A stretch of DNA of 64,000 bases from contig NC_087437.1 in NCBI RefSeq assembly GCF_036321535.1, positions 118,794,001-118,858,000 of the forward strand, read 5' to 3'. The position numbers were made by a program, and so were the translations under genes. Below, piece by piece: positions 38,501 to 49,530 of this stretch. Below the pieces are notes generated by a model. It worked only from the letters and a program-made list of their open reading frames with translations. It did no database searches and had not been told where the DNA came from. This DNA is from Camelus dromedarius (taxonomy: Eukaryota). The stretch's first letter is position 1; each line of letters starts with the position of its first letter.

Positions 38501-41500
38501 AACTCGTTTGGGAAAATAAAAATGGATAAAGGGTAGGTGTGTACTGAGTATCCACTTAGTCAAGGGAAATGACTTGCCAGTTTTCAGGAAGGAAAACGCT
38601 ATGGGTAAGTGCGATGACTCGTAAAGAAGGGATATTGAGTAATAATATTAAAACTTTAAAAATAGGAGCTGCCATTTGCCTAAGGGTGTGCAGCCAGTAA
38701 GTGGTAGGACGTGGATTCAAACCCAAGCAGTCTGTGTTCTTAAGCCAAGTCCCCTATAATACCTTCCAGGGTGGCTTTTTAACGAAAGGAATTTAAGGGA
38801 ACCCAGGTCCCCAACGAAAAGTTGTGCTTGAATGTGAATTCTGCAGACACCGTGTGCTGCAGTGCACGCCTGGAAGTGTGCTCACTGAGTATGCTCATCC
38901 GGGCTTTATGAAGGGCTTTCCCATCTCCAAGGAGTCACAAGAACTCAACTGTGGGACTGCAGAGCTGATGGTCCAGGCACTTTCTCCCTTGTGGACCACT
39001 GTGGACGTTCTCGTCCCCCATCCGGAATGGTTTGAGAATGCAGATGAGGGACAAGTGGAAGGAGGGCAAAGGACCTCCCAATTGTGGCCACACGTCTCAC
39101 CCTGACTGTGACCCCCAGCCCATGGAGCTTCCCCTGGGAACAGCACTTGGACCCAACGCAGGAGTGGGCGTCCCTGGCAGAGCTCCAACCCAGGGCCTTC
39201 TATATACACGAGGATTCCCCCCGCCCTTCCCGGCCTCTAGAACTGGGTTCCCTCTTCTTACCTATGGTCCTGTCCCCATCGGGGTCCACCTCCTGGGCCA
39301 TGCTCAGCGCCTCTGTTGTGGCGATGTCCACGTTACAGGGGACCACCACCAGGTTGATCGTCTCCTGCCTCCGGATGTACTTGGTGATGAGTGCCTTGAT
39401 CTGATGCCAGGGAACCACAAAGAACGAGTTCATCTCTGGTCACCCAACGACACAGCCACATGTGTGTGACACCCAGAGCACGGCCCAGCTGTCCCACTTC
39501 TGGGCTCTGGCTTGTCCTCTTCCTTGGGAGTGTGTGCCCACCTGCCCTCCCGGGTCCTCTGTTGACGTCCTGCGTATCCTGCACAGCTCATCACCAGTGT
39601 TTCTTCCTTCCCGAAGACTCCCTGACCCCCAAGACCCTACTTCCTCTCCAGATCTCTCCCATGGCGCTCCTGAGACTGCCTTCTATGAGGGTGGTGTGTG
39701 CGTGCTGTGTCCTCCCCAGAAGGACACCTCTGGGGCATCCCTGTCATGATCCCGGACGTCCCCATGCAGAGCCCAGCACAGCGCCCGCGGCAGGTGCTCA
39801 GCGCCAGCCCCCGTGACAGCTGACGTCAGTAATGTCTCCACCTTTGTTTATGCAGAAAACCAATGACTTTTTCCTGCGTTTGTTCTCGGGAGGGGTCTAG
39901 CTCATTAGAATTAGAGAGATGTCATAAGATTTCTGAGACTTTGCAGGCACACAGGAGACGTGGGCCAGATACGCCTTAAACTCCCTGCGTGGAGAATGCA
40001 AACAAATAACCGTGGAGCAGGCTGGCACCTTGGGGTGTGTTTCCTTATATTTGGTATAACTCACACTTAGTGCTGCGCAGCTGACATTCCGTCTAATTTC
40101 AAGCTGTGCACAGAAAATAGTAGGCACAGCCACAAAATAGAAAATTTCCATCACATAAGCACACATTAGCCTCATATAGAAAGTTAAGCACTGAGATGAA
40201 ATAAAAATGCCGAATTTGAACAGGTCCAGTTAGGCCTCAGTCACGGGAAGTTTAACTGAGTAAAGCTACAGGCAAACTTTGTCCGGGAGCTTCCGTGGCA
40301 GTTGTCCTAACGGTGCAAGTTCGCTTCGTGTTGGTGCCTCGCCCCTCGGCGGCACCTCCGTGACGGACCTGACAGCTTCTGTAAGTCAACGGACGGGGCC
40401 ATCCAGGGCTCTCCGCCTCAGCGCTATTGGCAACCTGGGCTTCTTAACAGTTTTGTTTGTTTTTTTGAGCTATTACTATCCAAATTGCAATCCTTATTTT
40501 AAAATTTAACTTAATGATTTCATGCATTTGGACCCTTTCAAGAATATCCAAGAACTCTTAAACAGTGATATTCTGAAAGTCCCAAGTTTGTCCAAAATCT
40601 GTATTACTGACTGATAGTGACGACAGCTCCATAACAATAAGAGTAATCATTTTCTACAACCAGGCCCTTCTGTGTAGCACAGGGAACCGTGCCCAACGCC
40701 CTGCAATCAACCATCATGGGTGAGAACCTGAAGAAGAATTCATGCACACGTGTGACTGAATCACCATGCTGCACACCAGAAACCAACACAACCCCGCAAC
40801 CCGACTATTACAGAAGAATAATTACTCTCCTTGTTGGGGTGAGGGACCTCCCCTGCGGGGCTGTCCTGTGCGCTGTGGAGTACTGAGCTGCGTCTCTGTC
40901 TCTACCTACTAGATGCTGGTAATAATTGCACTTTTCCCAAGTTGTGATAACCAAAAATGTCTCAGACATGCCTGCGTTCCCCGGAGCTGGGAACTGCGGC
41001 CTGAATCACACTCCTTCATGTGCATTTTGACAGGATCTTGGGGAGTGAAAACTGCCCCCCGGGTGTCTGCCTGCAGAGGGAAGCTTCGTAAACAGAATAC
41101 CTTCTGCTCACGTCACCCGTGCTTACCGGGCTCAGGTTCTGGGCCGTTTGAGGACCCAGAGATTCAGCAGCCAACACGGAAGGCAGTTCCTCCCCGGTTA
41201 CTCCCCAGCAGGGAATGCAGGCCATGAACACTCGGTGAAAAGGGACATGGAGTCAGAAGGGCCGGGCACAGGGCGTCCGGCATTAGGCATCATGATGGCC
41301 TTTGAGTAGAAGCCTGGGGTAAGTGGGGGCACGTGCCAGGTGGAAGTCTGGGCGGGGAGGGCATTTCAGGAAGAGGGAAGAGGAGGAATAAAGATAGGGG
41401 TGGGGCACAGAGGACACGGGGCCAATGATCTGGGGCCAGCTCACATGGGACCTCGGGAGCTGTCTTGTGGATTGACATGGGACCACTGGGGACTCTGAGG

Positions 41501-44500
41501 AGTGAGGGCGTCTGGCCTGTGCTCTAGGACAGGAGCGTTGTGTAAGAGTGCACTTGGGGAACGGGTGCTGCCATGAGCGGCAGGGGCAGGAGAGCAAGGA
41601 AGCAGGGCAGAGACGGGAGCTCAGTAAGAGATGGCGGTGCTGTGGGCTCCTTGCGGCAGCGGACAGGGAAACATGACGGCACGGGTCTTGGGATGTGTTT
41701 GAAAGTGGAGCCAGTCAGGATTGTAGCTTGACTGGCTGCGTCCTGTGATGGGCAACTCCTCACTTCTGACCAAACAGTCCTCTCAACAGACTAGCTTCTT
41801 ACCAGCTTCTTAACAATTTATTTTCTGTTTTTCTGATTCTGACAAACTCTTATGCTCACCTCCCCAGTGGATGCTTCCTCAAGTGTAAGCACTGCTTTCA
41901 AGAGGGAAAAGGGCAGCGTGTTCCTGCGAGTGGCCGGCTTGAGAGGAGGGGGCCACACGGGACTTGATGCGGAAACACTGACAAAATGGCACGGTTTGTG
42001 CCCGCAAGAGGCCGGGTAGAGAGAAGGAGGAAGGGTGTGGACCTGCAAGGGGGACACAGAGTCCAGGTCCAGCCCTGCCCTGGGCATTCACCCGAGCACC
42101 TCCTTACCTCCTTTCTCTGCCGCTTTCCCACCCTCTCCCTCTGGCCCGTCAGGACCTGGCTAAGCCTCCGGGTCGCCTCTCTTAACACAGGGAACTTGCT
42201 GTCCCCTGATTCTGTGACTATCGCCTTCCTGGAGCACCTCGTAGATGAAGGACAGCTTCCTCCCAGTCTCCTTGAACTTTGGCCTTTGCTTGGCTCAAGA
42301 ACCCCCGGCCTCTTTCAGGAGCCCCTCATGGGAGGGGCAAGGTGTGCGCTTCAAGGTGAGCCTGATCTCAGCCCTGTCCATGGTGCTGGCCTTTCTGCCT
42401 CCGACCAGACATCACAGACTGTGTTCCAATTGACTTCCAAAGTACTGCTTTAGCAAAAATATTGCTACTAAATTTAGCAGATTTCACGTACAAACCAAAT
42501 TTCCGGCACACTTTGAACATCAGGATAGCAGTAAGACAGGACTGACGTTCCCACACGACAACATGCAGTGAGGTGTCAGCTGTCCCCTGAAACACTGAGT
42601 CAACTTTGCCCGTTTCCATGACCTGCCAGGCCCTTCTCAGAACCCGAGTGTGAGCCCCCAGTCCTAGAAGGTCCGACCCTAGTCTCCTCCACAACCGCTC
42701 AGAGGGAGGGCTGCGGAGGTGCACCAGAGCACGTGGGGCTGCCGGCAGAGACCTCAGAAGCCACCCCAACTTAGCATGGCCCGTTGCCAAGTTCCAGAAA
42801 GGCTCACCTGCTGTCCGATGTCCTGGGGCTGATTTCCCACGGCCACCCTGGCGATGCCGGGAAGATCAATGAGGGTCAGATCTGGAACCTCAGGGGCGGT
42901 GACCTCCAGACTAATGAGCTCGTGGCTAATGCCAACTCCACTCCCAGCTATGGCGTCCTGGGCTGCGGAGACCAAAGAGGAGACACCCAGAGTCCAGATG
43001 GACCGCCCGGCCCGGCAAAAGCACTGTGTAACTGTGGCCATTGAGCCCTTCTCCCATATTCGGGAACAGCCCTGAGGGGCAGGGAAGCAGCTTAAGGCGC
43101 AGGCTGGATTAAGTGCCTGATTCTCTACAGACAGAGCACGGGGCAGGCTAGAGCCAGGGCTGCTCCTCTGTAAACTTCCCCTGCTTCAATCGTCATTCAT
43201 CGTCACTACTTAAGGTACGACTTTTGTAACCTTTTACTGAAGAGTCACGCACGCGCAGGACAGTCCCCACCGTCTAAGCAGGTGCTCGGTGAGTTTCACA
43301 GGCGGGACTCACAGGTGTAACCAACACACGGCTCAAGTCACAGAGCACGGGCAGCCCTCCAAGCCGCTCTCTCCCTGTCGGGCATCGGCCTCCAGCAAGG
43401 ATGACCCCTGGCCTGGGCTCGGCCGGCATCTACTCCTTTTGCCCACTTTGCACTTTATCCGTGGTTGGGCCGAGTGAATTTGCTGAGACGACCACGTCTG
43501 ACCTACGAGAACAGCAGTTTCACGTGGTCTCACCTAATCACAAATGGAATCATGAACCACAGGGCCCCTTGGTCTGGCTTCCCGCCCCACACGAGGCCTG
43601 CGTGGTCCCCTGTCCTGCTGCTGGTAGCTGAGGGTGCTTCCTCTTCACTGCTGCCTGTTCGTCCACCCAGTGCCATGATCAGGTCGACTGTGGACGGACA
43701 CTGGGGGGTCTCCAGTGTGGGCTATGAACATCCTAGAACCTGACTCTTGGCGCACATGTCCGCTGCCTGTGTGCTCAGGAGTGGACTTTTGGGGCGACAT
43801 GGGGTGTGCACGCCTCCAGCCTTACTGGAAAATTGTGGCAGTTTTCCAAAGTGGCCACACCAACTCAGACTTCCACCAGCAGGGCAGCGGAGTTCCGAGA
43901 CGCTATTCTAAAGATGCTTTAGCTGTGGTTTGCTCATGACTCATCTTCCCACGTTCATCCAAGCACACGCCCACGGTGTGTGGGAGCCCACCGCCCTGCC
44001 GGCTCTGCCCGCAGAGCTCGTGGGGCTGCAGAGCCCAGGGCTGACTTCAGTGGCGCAGCGGGCCGTGCGGGGCCCGCGGCCGCCCAGGACAGGTGCAGCG
44101 GGCGTAGCTGGGGTGCAGAGCTTTTATAAACTTGACGCTAGGAAATTTGTCAGTTGAGGGCCGCAAGCAGCTTCTGTATTGGGGGTGGGGGTGAATGCTA
44201 GAATTGGGGCACTATCTCTCCACCTGGGAGGGATCCCTCTGGTGAGCCAGCCGAGGCCACGCGGTTCCCGGGGAGCTAGGCCCAGGGAGTGAGGTGAAAA
44301 CCCCTGTCTCACGTGCTGAGTTTATGGCTGAGTAAGGCGCAAAGCCCGTCTGCCTGGAACAGAGGCCCTGTCTGCAGGGATTCCTGCGAGGATCAAGGCT
44401 AATTTTGCCTGCCTGGCTGAGCCCAGCTTGCGAGCAGGGCAGGGAGAAGCCTCTGGGAAGGACAGGCTGACTCAGGGACCTGAGGGGCAGGGCTGCGGGA

Positions 44501-47500
44501 GGGCGACCCCCAGGGCTCCTCTAAGCAGGTTTGGAAGCGGAATCCAGGAACAATGGAGGCTTTTGAGCGTTCTGCGCCTGCCCAAGGCTAATCCCCAGGG
44601 CTGGTGAGTTTTGTCCAAAGGCCAGGGTTGGCTGTGCTTCTACTAAGGACCCTTTGGCTGAGGGGAGGGGGAGGGGGCTACATGGGGGTGGGGCTGGGGC
44701 TGGGACAGTGTTGGGGGAAGTCGCCTGGGGGCAGAGCCACTGCCACAGGCAATCAGCCACTCCAGATTAGAGCAGTGCCAGGATGGCTGGGGTCAGCGGG
44801 GACCCTGCAGGGGACACTTCCCAGAGGAAAAGCAGGCAGGTAAGCTGAGACCAAAAGAAAGAGGAAGAATTAAACAGACAACCAGGAGGGATGGCGTGCA
44901 GGCAGGGGCGAGGGGAGGGGAGCAGCACAGGCTCCTGTGAAGCTGCAGGGGCCCCGAGGAGGATGGCCACGGGCAGAAGGAGCCGCCCCTGCAGCCTCCC
45001 CGGGCCCTACCTTTCCGGATTTCCCTCTCCACCTGGGAGGGGTCCTGCAGCTGGAGCTCCGTGTTCCGGTAGCTGAGTGTCCCCCTCCACGTGCACTCGT
45101 GCAGCTGTTTCTTCAGTTGCAGCACCAGCGGACACCTGGTGATGATTCCTGGGAGAGAGTTTCCCAAACATAAAAGAAGCGTTCTCAGGTACCCTCTGCT
45201 CTTATCCCCAGGACCTGCCCCGTGTCCCCGGAGGCTTGGTCTGAAATTTCTGTCCCTCTCTAGGGCCCAGTCCAGGCCACCACACTTACCCCCAGGCCCT
45301 AGAAACGCCTCGGGCATTGTCCGGGACAGGCGGGATGTCAGCCAGAGGTCTGCCCGACCCTGTCCAGCCCTCCCAAGCCCCTCCCAGTCCTGTGGGAGGA
45401 GGTCGGGGGGTGGGGGTAGGCAGGGGAGGGGGAGCAGGATGTGCACATCGGGGCCCAAGGGTGAGGTTTGTGGGGGCGCCTGGCAGGGAGGGATCAAGTT
45501 CCCAGGGAAGCTGGAACTGCCCTGAGCTGCCTGGGGCTGGGCTCCGGTGGTCAAGCCCCTAGTACCTGCACACAGCAGGGCTGTCCTACGACCACTCCCA
45601 GCCTGGGACCTTGTCCAGGGTCCCCTGCCTGCCCCACGTCATTGCCGTGGCCTCCAGACTCTCTGCCCTGTGGCGTCTCTCCCCAGAACGCTGAACCCAG
45701 GGCAGAGAGGAGGAGCCACTGTGCCCACTCTGAGTTCTCATCCATCAGGAGCCTGGCTGGTGGGGATCTCATGGGACGTCCCGGAGTAGAAGACCAGCTG
45801 TCTGTGGTCAGAGGGAGCACAGGCCAGGGCCCCTGGCAGCGCGGCTGTTCCTGGGGCTGCGCAGGGTCTGGGCCGTCCCCCAGCACCCCCACACCCTCCT
45901 GTGTGCCCAGGAGGCCGAACCCTGGCCCCTGTTTCTCGTTGGGTGTGGGGGATGGGCACTGCTGGCAGGAGATGGGAGTGAGGAAGGGAACCGGCTGGCG
46001 GAACCTCGACCCTCTTCCCAGCTGCCACCTCTTTCTTCTTTTTTTTCCCCTTTATAATTATTTGATTACATCAGAAAGGCAAAACAGCTTTTGAACTCTA
46101 CACACAGTTAATTTTTTTATAAAAGAAAACTTCGGGTCTTATCATTCTGTGATCTAAACTTCTTCAGAAAGACTGTGTGTGAGAAACTCACAAATTAATG
46201 ACATCAGACAAGATATTCGCTTACAGAAACCACTAGAAGGAAACTAACACAGGCCCAGCGATGCCTACTGACATGAGGAGAGGACCCAGGTACTAAGGGC
46301 AGCTTGGGACACCCAGCCCGCCTCCCCGTCCACTGCAGACCCCGCCGTGCAGGGCCTGTGGGAGCCACCCTCCGGGGGTCCTTCCCAGAGACCAGCCCGT
46401 GAAACCCCTGGTCCCAGGGATGCTTTGTGGCTTGCAGGCGGCCGGCCTCTGGCTGCAGAGCGAGGCTGGCCCAATGGTGCTTACCGCTGCCCCGGGGAAG
46501 GGCGACCCCCGACAGCGCCTCCAGCACGGAGCTCTTGCCCGAGCTCTGGTCCCCGATGACGGCGATGGCGGGCAGGGCCAGGTCCTGCTCCACGCCCAGG
46601 GCCCGCAGGGAGTCGACGAGGTCGATGCAGGGCCGAACCCTCTCCTCGTACGGGCTGAACAGGCTGTTTTCGGGCCCCTGGGGGAGGCAGAACAGACTTC
46701 ACAGTCGTGGCCTCTGACAGGGCTCCCACCGCCGTTGGGAATCTGTGGCCGAGCTGATGCAGCTGCAGGTGATGGGTTACAGACAGGAGGGTGAGCGGTG
46801 GATGGAGACGTGCCCGGGGGAGGGCCCTGTGCTCTGTTCCTGTGGAGACTCGGCTTCTGCTGCTGCGGGGGGTAGTTTGGCTGGGGCTGGAGGAGGAGGT
46901 GCCCGACTGAGAAGGGAGAAGTTGCCGAGAGGTGGTGCTCCCTGCCAGAGGGAGGAGAGTCGGGGGCCCCGGGACTGCCGAGCTGGGGTGGGCTGGGCTG
47001 GGCTGGCCATGGTGACAGTGGCAGTCATAGCCAGGGGAACACCTCCCAGGAAGGAGACCCCCTCACGAGGAACGGAGCCCCCAGACCCATGACCGGGAAT
47101 GCCATTGCTGCCCAGAGACTGTCCCTGGGGCTTGTTGGAAGTGCCCAGGAGAGAGCCGTGCTGCTTGGGTGGGGGGGGACCACACGTGCAGACCTGGCTG
47201 CCCTGGAGGGGGCTCCCCCATGGCCGCTCTCTGGTCCTCCTCGGCCTGGTGGCCGGGAGTGCCCTTCCTGCCCGTCCCTCCACCCGACTTGCCTTTGTGC
47301 TCTGTTGGTCTCTGTTTCCTCCTGGCTGCTGCTCACTCAAAGGGATAGGCTTGAAATCCTTGGGGAAGAAAACAGGCTCCTTCCCCCCAAACTGCCAGTT
47401 TGGGGGACTCATCATCTGTCCTGCTCCTGCACCCGTTGGCAGTGGCTGCTGCAGGAAGGAAGCCATTTCTTTTTTGGGATGGTGTCGGGGAGAACTGGAA

Positions 47501-47541
47501 CTGTGCGTCTGGCGCTGCCGGGACCTGTAGGGCATGGGCAT
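23340..47541 (-). CDS. MX2: MX2 (MxB) full-length gene: 13 coding exons, 2139 nt, 712 aa
   Basis: Extended N-terminal domain (KKEM...PPNWQ), GTPase motifs, stalk and GED; exon lengths 249,193,138,155,139,199,79,123,142,159,77,255,231 sum to 713 codons with no in-frame stop found. Confidence 0.95.
25101..25355 (-). CDS. MX2: MX2 coding exon 12 (NKIEDIK...HLNAYFL; includes loop L4)
   Basis: Acceptor accag|AAC, donor CTG|gtgagt; 255 nt. Confidence 0.94.
27116..27192 (-). CDS. MX2: MX2 coding exon 11 ([26 protein letters not shown])
   Basis: Acceptor ttgctcag|AG, donor CAG|gtaagt; 77 nt. Confidence 0.92.
27602..27760 (-). CDS. MX2: MX2 coding exon 10 ([31 protein letters not shown]...LQKVV)
   Basis: YRGKELLGF stalk motif; acceptor tgtag|, donor G|gtgagg; 159 nt. 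Confidence 0.94.
28153..28198. repeat. Imperfect (CA)n microsatellite
   Basis: acacacacacaggcgcacacgcacacacacacgcacacgcacacac. Confidence 0.85.
28544..28685 (-). CDS. MX2: MX2 coding exon 9 ([47 protein letters not shown])
   Basis: Manual translation; acceptor tttcag|AAA, donor AAG|gtaagt; 142 nt. Confidence 0.94.
28992..29114 (-). CDS. MX2: MX2 coding exon 8 ([25 protein letters not shown]...KMFFLIE)
   Basis: Acceptor ttcag|AAA, donor GAG|gtgagg; 123 nt. Confidence 0.94.
31190..31268 (-). CDS. MX2: MX2 coding exon 7 ([26 protein letters not shown])
   Basis: Acceptor tttcag|AGG, donor AGG|gtgagt; 79 nt. Confidence 0.93.
31590..33030 (+). mobile_element. L1 ORF2 3' region plus 3' UTR
   Basis: L1-like motifs [41 protein letters not shown]. 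Confidence 0.85.
34541..34739 (-). CDS. MX2: MX2 coding exon 6 ([43 protein letters not shown]...HPYFR)
   Basis: G4 TKPD; acceptor tcacag|GG, donor CAG|gtgagg; 199 nt. Confidence 0.95.
35860..37300. mobile_element. Probable L2 fragments
   Basis: Purine-rich degraded sequence with L2-like motifs (cattggtgaccttgac-like, tccaagtggagatgtcagg). Confidence 0.5.
37530..37965 (-). mobile_element. L1 3' end fragment
   Basis: ggcaaccgccattctacttcctgtctctttgaatttg..gtggaatcatacag..gactggcttatttcac. Confidence 0.75.
39262..39400 (-). CDS. MX2: MX2 coding exon 5 ([46 protein letters not shown])
   Basis: Acceptor catcag|ATC, donor ATAG|gtaag; 139 nt. Confidence 0.95.
42808..42962 (-). CDS. MX2: MX2 coding exon 4 ([21 protein letters not shown]...[20 protein letters not shown])
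   Basis: G3 DLPG; acceptor ccgcag|CC, donor CAG|gtgagc; 155 nt. Confidence 0.95.
45011..45148 (-). CDS. MX2: MX2 coding exon 3 ([46 protein letters not shown])
   Basis: Acceptor ctcccag|GAA, donor AAG|gtaggg; 138 nt. Confidence 0.94.
46485..46677 (-). CDS. MX2: MX2 coding exon 2 ([50 protein letters not shown]...)
   Basis: P-loop; acceptor cccccag|GGG, donor GCG|gtaagc; 193 nt. Confidence 0.96.
47293..47541 (-). CDS. MX2: MX2 first coding exon, coding part (83-aa N-terminal domain); exon begins at acceptor 47595
   Basis: [33 protein letters not shown]...MMSPPNWQ aligns to the MxB NTD; acceptor tttgcag|AG; non-canonical donor AAG|gcaagt in phase 0. Confidence 0.88.
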
Positions 47542-48329
47542 CCACTGTCGTCCCGTCAAGCTGCTGCTCAGCACCTCCAATCTTCTTGGCAAACTCTGCA
47601 AACACACAAGATGAGAATGTGTCCCCAACGTCCCCAAGCGGACCTCCCGGTGCTTCATCCTTCCAGGCCTGCCCGCCCAGCCCAACACAGCACGCCCTCC
47701 CGCACATGGACTCAGGGCAGACCAATTGCCCAGCACAGCCCCGACCGCAGGAGGGGCTGGCTCAAACAGGCTCAGAGCACATGAGGGGTCCCTGCCGGCC
47801 CCCTGCGGACAAGGGGCCTCCACGATTCCATGGGGAAGTCTGAATGTTCCTCTGTGACTTCTGATGAGCCAGTGTCACCTGAGGTTCAGGACGGGACAGG
47901 AGACTGTGGGCATGGAGAGACGACAGGTAGGCTCTCCCGGGTCCCTTGGGTGCCAGCCCCTGCCCTGCCACCACCCAGGCTGCCCGCCAGACCAGCTCAG
48001 GCTGCTGGGGCGTCTGGGGGAAGCGGTTGCTGGAGTCTCTTGCTTCCCCACGGGGCTGTCATCAGAGAGCCAGCCTGTGAGAAGTCGCTGGTGGCACCGA
48101 GTGCCGGCCTCGCCCGGCGCCCCTCTGAGAAGCTCATCTCAGCTTCACAATAACCGGGTGTGCTTGCCCCTAATCTGCATTTTCCAGGTCAAGGAGCAGA
48201 AGTGGGGGGTCCGGTTCCTGGCCTGAGTCAGGACTCAGCCAAGCTGGTGACTCTGGGTCCTGAGCCCTTGCCCGCTACTGCCCCCCCACCTCACCCCGGG
48301 GAGCAGAGCGGATATGGGAGATGAATGGT

Positions 48330-48750
48330 GTCCGCACTCCTCCTAATGCCCGTCCACCTGGGATCGTGCATGTGACCTTATTTGGGAAAAGGGTATTTGC
48401 ACATGTTTCCAAAGAGGGTCTGGAGATGCGAGTGGGCCTGAAATGCAAGAAGAGACGGTGGGGGTGGGGAGGGATTTGAGACACAGAGACCCACAACGAG
48501 AGGGCGACGTGAAGATGGAGGCAGAGATGGAAGTATGCTGCCTCAGCCAGGGAACCCGGGGGCGCAGGAGCCCCAGCGCCGGGAGCCAGGCCTGGAGCGG
48601 ATTCTCCCTCAGGGCCTCTAGGAGGAACTAACTTTGCCAGCGTCTTGGACATCTCGGAGCATCTGACTTCCAGACCCGTGAGAGAATAAAGTCTTGTTTC
48701 AGCGTCCAAGTTTGGAGAGTTTGTTATGCCAGCCCCGCGGCACTAACCAG
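48330..48750 (+). mobile_element. MLT1-type MaLR solo LTR
   Basis: tgtgaccttatttggg..gtgaagatggaggcagagatgg..gacttccag..gtgagagaataaa. Confidence 0.7.
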
Positions 48751-49164
48751 TTGGGGGACTGGCGTGTGGAGGCGGCCCCTCCCCAGTAGCTGCACTCTGG
48801 GGGGTCCACTCCGGCCCATGTCCAGCTGCGGCCCCTCAGCCCTCCGTCCCCGTCCCACGACCGTGGCCTCTCTCCACCTAGTAGGCCTCTTTTCCTTCTA
48901 AACCCTGGGTCTCAGCATGACTGAACCCTTTCTAGAAACCTCTGAGACCTTTCTTTCAGGACAAAGTTCTTAAAAAGATGTGGTCCCAATCTCCTTTTCC
49001 ATATTTGATAGAATCCCTTCTCTGAATGCTGCGCCCAGCATTCTGCCTTTCCTCAGACTGGACAAGCATGTTCACAACTTCGTGTGTGCCACTGGCTTTT
49101 GTGGAAAATGGGAGTGGCTCATTCATTCATTCATTCATTCATTCCACAAAGATGTCTGGAGGAC

Positions 49165-49530
49165 TGTTAAGGGCTGAATTGTGTCCCTGAGTTCATATGC
49201 TGGAGTCCGAACCCCTGCGACCTCCAGTGTGACTGTGTTGGAGATTTGGCCTTTAAAGAGGTGAATAAGGTAAAACGAGGTCGCTTGGGTCGGCCCTAAG
49301 CCAACCTGACTGACGTCTTTATGAAAAGAGTGAAGACACAAAGGAAAGACCTGTGAGGACACAGGGAGGAGACGGCCGTCTACACGCCGAGGAGAGAGAG
49401 CTCAGAGCAGCCTAGCCTGCTGGCACCTTGGCCTTGGACTCTGGCCCCCAGACTGTGAGAAGATAAATTTCTGTTGTCTAAGCTGCCCCCTGGTGGTGCT
49501 TTGTTAGGGCAACCTGAGCAAACCCAAACA
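49165..49530 (+). mobile_element. MLT1-type MaLR solo LTR
   Basis: tgttaagggctgaattgtgtccc..gtgactgtgttggagat..actgtgagaagataaatttctgttg. Confidence 0.7.

Noticed and set aside
23340..47541. MX2 as a pseudogene because of the GC donor and divergent N-terminus
   Set aside because: All 13 exons keep frame with intact GTPase motifs and no premature stop was found
46777..47823. 348-aa ORF
   Set aside because: Only 47293-47541 is MX2 coding; the rest is read-through into GC-rich intron and UTR sequence with no recognisable protein
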